From Dickeya solani IPO 2222 (GTDB lineage: Bacteria; Pseudomonadota; Gammaproteobacteria; Enterobacterales; Enterobacteriaceae), in assembly GCF_001644705.1 (NCBI RefSeq), contig NZ_CP015137.1, forward strand, positions 3,360,001 to 3,392,000: DNA of 32,000 nt, written 5' to 3'. The notes under the pieces are model-generated. The model was not told the origin of the DNA, searched no databases, and saw only the letters and a list, made by a program, of their open reading frames with translations. Position 1 is the stretch's first letter, and every line of letters starts with the position of its first letter. Of this stretch, positions 27,664 through 32,000 are shown piece by piece. A program made the translations under genes and the position numbers.

Positions 27664-28857
27664 TTAAGACTTAGCGGGTTGGGACTGCGGTTGCTGCTGT
27701 TGCGCATTACCTGCGGCCACTTCCTGCGCTTTTACCTGCATACCCGGTCTGATTTTCTGTAGGCCTGTCACGATGATACGGTCACCCTGCTTGACGCCCG
27801 ACGTCACCAGCCATTTGTCGCCGATAGCCTTGCCGGTGGTGATCGGATGAACTTCCACTTTATCGCCTTCGCCGACCAGCATCACGGTAGCGTCGCCGCG
27901 CGGTGTGCGGCTCACGCCTTGCTGAGGCACCAGAATCGCGTTGGGAGTGACGCCGGAATCCATTTGCGCGCGGACAAACATCCCCGGCAGCAGGTTGTGA
28001 TCCGGATTGGGGAACACGGCGCGCAGCGTGATGGAACCGGTGGTTTCATCCACGGTGACGTCGGAGAATTCCAGCGTTCCAGGCTGGCTATAGCGGGTGC
28101 CGTTATCCAGCGTCAGCTGGACGTTGGCCTTGCCGTTGGTCTGTTGCAGGGTGCCGCTTTCCAGTTCCTTTTTCAGACGCAGGAAATCGTTGGTGGACTG
28201 GGTGACGTCCACATAGATCGGATCCAACTGCTGGATCGTGGTCAGCGCTGTCGTCTGCGCGTTGGACACCAGCGCGCCTTCCGTCACGGTGGATTTACCA
28301 ACACGACCGGTAATCGGGGCCGTTACACGGGTATAGTTCAGGCTGATCTGGGCGTTGTCGAGGGTGGCTTTAGCCGCGGCGACAGCCGCCTCGGTCTGGC
28401 GTGCGGTGGCCACAGCCTGATCGTAATCCTGCTTGCTGACGTAATTAGTGCCGAGCAGCGGTTTGTAGCGGTTGACGGTCAGTCGCGCGATTTCGGCGTT
28501 GGCCTGCGCCTGGACCAGTGCGGCTTTGGCGTTGTTGTATTGAGCCTGATACGTGGCCGGATCGATCTGATACAGCGATGTGCCTGCTTTGACGTCGCTG
28601 CCTTCTACAAAGTTGCGCTTCAGAATAATACCGTTTACCTGAGGGCGTACTTCGGCAATACGATAGGCGCTTGTGCGTCCCGGCAGCTCGGTGATGATAT
28701 CCAGAGTTTGTGATTTTATCGTAACGATGCCGACTTCCGGTGCGCCTCCCTGATGGGCCCCTTCTTGAGATGCATTGTTGTCACATCCTGTGAGTACGAG
28801 GCCGCCAGAAAATATCAGCATAGCCGCCAGAGGCGTAAGCCTTCTGTTTTTATTCAT
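27664..28857 (-). CDS. acrA: RND efflux periplasmic adaptor lipoprotein AcrA
   Basis: 397 aa. It has a signal peptide with an LTGC lipobox (MNKNRRLTPLAAMLIFSGGLVLTGC), and the body matches AcrA/MFP family proteins. There is a 16-nt gap to acrB. Confidence 0.96.
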   Translation of the reverse strand: MNKNRRLTPLAAMLIFSGGLVLTGCDNNASQEGAHQGGAPEVGIVTIKSQTLDIITELPGRTSAYRIAEVRPQVNGIILKRNFVEGSDVKAGTSLYQIDPATYQAQYNNAKAALVQAQANAEIARLTVNRYKPLLGTNYVSKQDYDQAVATARQTEAAVAAAKATLDNAQISLNYTRVTAPITGRVGKSTVTEGALVSNAQTTALTTIQQLDPIYVDVTQSTNDFLRLKKELESGTLQQTNGKANVQLTLDNGTRYSQPGTLEFSDVTVDETTGSITLRAVFPNPDHNLLPGMFVRAQMDSGVTPNAILVPQQGVSRTPRGDATVMLVGEGDKVEVHPITTGKAIGDKWLVTSGVKQGDRIIVTGLQKIRPGMQVKAQEVAAGNAQQQQPQSQPAKS

Positions 28858-28947
28858 AGATAAACCCCAAGTATCCGATTTTTAATTGACCAATGGATCA
28901 CAAGCTTTTAAACCCATTGCTGCGATAAATTCAGGCCCGTGCTATGT

Positions 28948-28971
28948 TACATACATCCGTGAATGTATGTA
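28948..28971. promoter_or_regulatory. AcrR operator (24-bp inverted repeat) in the acrA-acrR divergent promoter
   Basis: TACATACATCCGTGAATGTATGTA differs at 2 central positions from the E. coli AcrR operator as I recall it (TACATACATTTGTGAATGTATGTA). Confidence 0.75.
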
Positions 28972-28999
28972 AATCTCGCTTCTCTTGAAAGTCGGCGCT

Positions 29000-29659
29000 A
29001 TGGCACGAAAAACCAAACAACAGGCTCATGAGACCAAACTCCAGATTATGGGCGCAGCACTGCGCCTGTTTTCCGAGCATGGTGTTTCTTCAACATCATT
29101 GTCCGATATTGCGACTGCCGCCGGCGTGACTCGCGGTGCTATTTACTGGCACTTTAAAAACAAAGCTGAATTGTTTGATGAGATATGGGCGCGATCAGAA
29201 GCCAAAATTTCTGATTTCGAAACTGAGTATCAGGCAAAATTCCCTGATGATCCACTGCATGTGCTCAGAGAGTTGCTGATTTATATATTGAGATTGACTG
29301 AGTCAGATATCGAGTGGCGCTCAATGATGGAGATCATATTCCATAAATGCGAGTTTGTCGGCGAAATGCTGCCGACATTCAATGGCCGCAGAGATCTGTA
29401 TCTTGGCTGTTACGAGAAAATAGAAGCCTCGCTGATGAACTGTATCCGGCAGGGGATGTTGCCGCTGGACGTGAACCCCCGGCGCGCAGCGGTGGTCATG
29501 CGCGCCTATCTGTCGGGTATCATGGAAAACTGGCTGTTTATGCCGACAAGCTTCGACCTGAAAAACGAGACGCCATATCTGGTTGATGTGCTTATCGATA
29601 TGTTGCGCAGCAGCCCGGCCTTACGCCAGACCGGTATCTCAGGGGACGGATACGCATAA
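29000..29659 (+). CDS. acrR: TetR-family repressor AcrR
   Basis: ORF-track entry starts at a TTG at 28985. The ATG at 29000 gives MARKTKQQAHETKLQIMGAALRLFSEHGVSSTSLSDIATAAGVTRGAIYWHFKNK, the TetR HTH, and matches the E. coli AcrR start MARKTKQ. Confidence 0.94.
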   Translation: MARKTKQQAHETKLQIMGAALRLFSEHGVSSTSLSDIATAAGVTRGAIYWHFKNKAELFDEIWARSEAKISDFETEYQAKFPDDPLHVLRELLIYILRLTESDIEWRSMMEIIFHKCEFVGEMLPTFNGRRDLYLGCYEKIEASLMNCIRQGMLPLDVNPRRAAVVMRAYLSGIMENWLFMPTSFDLKNETPYLVDVLIDMLRSSPALRQTGISGDGYA

Positions 29660-29732
29660 ATACAGCCTGGCATACCTTGTCTTCCGGCAGACGTGATAAA
29701 CTGCGCCATCTCTGTAAAACCGATGATGCATC

Positions 29733-32000
29733 ATGAGTCGCTGTTTCGCCGTTTCTGGTTGGTTTGCCGTTCTTTCCCGCTCTTTTCTTTATGATTCTGT
29801 TCGCCGTAGCCTGCCGTATGTCTGGGCGTTTATGCTCGGGTTGACGCCGCTGTGGCCGGCGCTTGCCGCCGGTAGCGATTTGCCGACCCGGACTGAGATC
29901 CAAAATCGGCTTGATACCCTCAACAAACAAAAAAGCCTGACCTCGGTAGACAAACTGACGCAGCAGGATCTGACCCAAACGCTGGATGTGCTGGACTCTA
30001 TCGATCGCGTCCGGCAGGAAACCAGCCAACTGAAGCAGCAGGCGGCGCAGGCGCCGGCCAAACTGAAGCAGGTGAATGAAGATCTGGTGTCACTGGGGGG
30101 CGCTGCGCCGGTGTCTCAGCCATCGCTGGACTCGCTGTCGCTAAAACAGCTGGAAGCCCGCCTGAATGAAACGCTGGATGATTTACAGTCCGCCCAGGAA
30201 AACCTGTCCACCTACAATAGCCAACTGATTTCGTTGCAGACCCAGCCGGAGCGGGTGCAGAGCGCGTTATATGCCGCCTCGCAACGTAGCCAGCAACTGC
30301 GCACCCAACTCAGTGGGCTTGACCCATCGCAGGAGCCGCTGCGGCCGAGCCAGCAGGTTCTGCTACAGGTGGAGCAGGCGCTGGTCGGGCTGCAAATGGA
30401 GCAGCAGCGCAAAAGCCTGGAAGTGAACACCACCATGCAGGATCTGTTGCAGAAGCAGCGGGATTACACCGCCGCGCAGATCGGCCAACTGGAACACATG
30501 GTGCAGATGTTGCAAGGCGTGATCAACAACAAACGCCTCAACCTGTCGGAGAAAACCGCCAAGGAAGCGCAGAATTCGGATGAGTTACAGCGCATTCAGG
30601 AGAACCCGCTGGTCAAAACGGAGATGGAGACCAACCGTCAGCTCAGCCAGCGCCTGATCAAAGCGACCGAAGCCGGCAATACGCTGGTTCAGGAGAGCAT
30701 TCAGGTAAAAAACTGGCTTGATCGGGCCACGCAGTCGGAACGCAACCTGAAAGAACAGATTACGGTGCTGAAAGGCAGCCTGTTGCTGTCGCGCATTCTT
30801 TATCAACAACAGCAAAACCTGCCATCGGCCGATGCGATGGGCAATATCAGCACCCAAATCGCCGATCTGCGTCTGGAACAGTTTGATATCAACCAGCAAC
30901 GCGATGTGTTGTTCCGTGGCGATGAATATATCCAGCAACTGGTCGTTCACAGCAGCAATGCCACGGTGGATGCCGAAGTCACCGATGCGCTGGAGCAGAT
31001 TCTGGACATGCGCCGCGAACTGCTCGACCAGCTCAATAAGCAGCTTGGCAATCAACTGATGCTGGCGATCAACCTGCAAATCAGCCGCCAGCAACTGATG
31101 AGCGTAAATGACTCGCTGCAACGTACGTTGACCCAGCAAATCTTTTGGGTCAGCAGTAATAAGCCGATGGACTGGAACTGGCTGAAGGATCTGCCATCGA
31201 CACTGAAACAGCAGATAAAAAACCTGCGCTTCAACCTGAAAGGCGCACAGCTGGGCCAGGGGATCATGGATTCTCTGTTGCTGACCATCCCGGCGCTGAT
31301 CATGGTTGGCCTGCTGCTGTGGCGGCGAAAAAGCATCGATTCCTATATGAGCAAGCTGGCGGACGATGTGGGGCAACTCAAGCGCGACAGCCAGTTGCAT
31401 ACGCCGAAAGCCATTCTGCTGTTGATTTTGCGTACCTTACCGGGCGTGCTGGTGATTTTGTCGCTGGGGCTATGGCTGAAGCGGACTGATAGCCAGATCA
31501 GCAGCTTCGCCTGGCTGCTTAGCGAAAATCTGGCGTTGTTCTGGATGGTGTTCGCCACCGCCTGGTTCAGTCTCAAGCCGGGCAGCCTGAGCGAGCGACA
31601 CTTCAATATTCCAGCGTCCCGTTGCGCGCATTACCGGCGTCAGACGTTGCGACTCGGCGGCGCGCTGTTACCGCTGATGTTTTGGGCGGTGGTGGGAGAG
31701 AAAACACCGTTGTATCTGGTGGACGACGCCATCGGGCAGATCATTATCGTCTGTAATCTGCTGTTGCTGACTATTCTGGTGTTCCCGGTATGCCGCGACT
31801 GCTGGCGGGAAAAGGAACGCCATACGGTGCAGTTGATCGTGGTGACCATGATGGCCGCCATGCCGCTGTTTCTGATTGGACTGATGCTGAACGGCTTTTT
31901 CTATACCACGCTGCGACTGGCCAGCCGCTGGGTTGACAGCCTGTATCTGTTGATCGTCTGGAATATCGTCTACTTCGCCACTATTCGTGGCTTAAGCGTC
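29733..32000 (+). CDS. mscK: Potassium-dependent mechanosensitive channel MscK (KefA), 3' end outside window
   Basis: Open frame from the first in-frame ATG at 29733 (TGA at 29724-29726) to the window edge, 756 codons. It is absent from the ORF track because there is no stop. My translation ..GSDLPTRTEIQNRLDTLNKQKSLTSVDKLTQQDLTQTLDVLDSIDRVRQE.. through ..TLRLASRWVDSLYLLIVWNIVYFATIRGLSV parallels E. coli MscK. The exact start is uncertain. Confidence 0.92.
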   Translation, partial: MSRCFAVSGWFAVLSRSFLYDSVRRSLPYVWAFMLGLTPLWPALAAGSDLPTRTEIQNRLDTLNKQKSLTSVDKLTQQDLTQTLDVLDSIDRVRQETSQLKQQAAQAPAKLKQVNEDLVSLGGAAPVSQPSLDSLSLKQLEARLNETLDDLQSAQENLSTYNSQLISLQTQPERVQSALYAASQRSQQLRTQLSGLDPSQEPLRPSQQVLLQVEQALVGLQMEQQRKSLEVNTTMQDLLQKQRDYTAAQIGQLEHMVQMLQGVINNKRLNLSEKTAKEAQNSDELQRIQENPLVKTEMETNRQLSQRLIKATEAGNTLVQESIQVKNWLDRATQSERNLKEQITVLKGSLLLSRILYQQQQNLPSADAMGNISTQIADLRLEQFDINQQRDVLFRGDEYIQQLVVHSSNATVDAEVTDALEQILDMRRELLDQLNKQLGNQLMLAINLQISRQQLMSVNDSLQRTLTQQIFWVSSNKPMDWNWLKDLPSTLKQQIKNLRFNLKGAQLGQGIMDSLLLTIPALIMVGLLLWRRKSIDSYMSKLADDVGQLKRDSQLHTPKAILLLILRTLPGVLVILSLGLWLKRTDSQISSFAWLLSENLALFWMVFATAWFSLKPGSLSERHFNIPASRCAHYRRQTLRLGGALLPLMFWAVVGEKTPLYLVDDAIGQIIIVCNLLLLTILVFPVCRDCWREKERHTVQLIVVTMMAAMPLFLIGLMLNGFFYTTLRLASRWVDSLYLLIVWNIVYFATIRGLSV

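Noticed and set aside
28925-28945. Possible MarA/SoxS/Rob marbox upstream of acrA (minus-strand ATAGCACGGGCCTGAATTTAT)
   Set aside because: Only the GCAC half matches AYNGCACNNWNNRYYAAAYN. The RYYAAAY half is poor, so this is not a supportable call from sequence alone.
25479-31400. Antisense ORFs inside acrB (25479-26219, 26964-27504), acrA (27847-28713) and mscK (30585-31400, 31052-31336)
   Set aside because: They overlap well-identified genes on the opposite strand. I recognise no homology, and their composition is that of a mirror frame.
1-32000. Scan for mobile elements, CRISPR arrays, tRNA/rRNA genes, ERIC/REP-type dispersed repeats, and defence or toxin gene clusters
   Set aside because: I could not recognise any transposase, integrase or recombinase ORF, spacer-repeat periodicity, tRNA-like cloverleaf region or ERIC-like core. 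Every ORF of at least 60 aa that is not antisense to a known gene is a recognisable housekeeping ortholog, apart from the doubtful one at 23510-23707. Hha-TomB is the only toxin/antitoxin-like pair, and it is a known conserved one.

Overview
This window is ordinary, highly conserved Enterobacterales chromosomal backbone. It is collinear with the E. coli K-12 ampG-to-mscK segment. Gene order ('<' marks minus strand): <ampG <yajG | bolA tig clpP clpX lon hupB ppiD ybaV | <queC <cdsH-like | decR mdlA mdlB glnK amtB | <tesB | ybaY | <atl | ffs (4.5S RNA) | <hha <tomB <rpmJ2 <rpmE2 <acrB <acrA | acrR mscK. I can support 28 protein-coding genes, one ncRNA, about a dozen intrinsic terminators and several recognisable regulatory sites: sigma32 promoters for clpP and lon, a sigma54 promoter with NtrC-type dyads for glnK-amtB, a Zur box, the AcrR operator and an ffs promoter. 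Gene content differs from E. coli K-12 as I remember it. There is no fadM between ybaV and queC. A PLP-dependent cdsH-like gene sits divergent to decR/ybaO where ybaE and cof would be. Nothing lies between ffs and hha where ybaA, ylaB, ylaC and maa would be. A Zur-controlled L31/L36 paralog pair lies between tomB and acrB. The short YmoA-like Hha and the overall divergence suggest a non-Escherichia lineage, possibly Pectobacteriaceae or Yersiniaceae, but I cannot resolve this without a database search. I found no tRNA, rRNA, CRISPR array, IS element, integrase, prophage remnant or defence-like gene cluster. I do not see convincing evidence for a previously undescribed multi-gene system here. 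The findings are small non-coding oddities and synteny differences and are scored accordingly. The many long ORFs antisense to real genes in the ORF track are judged artefacts.
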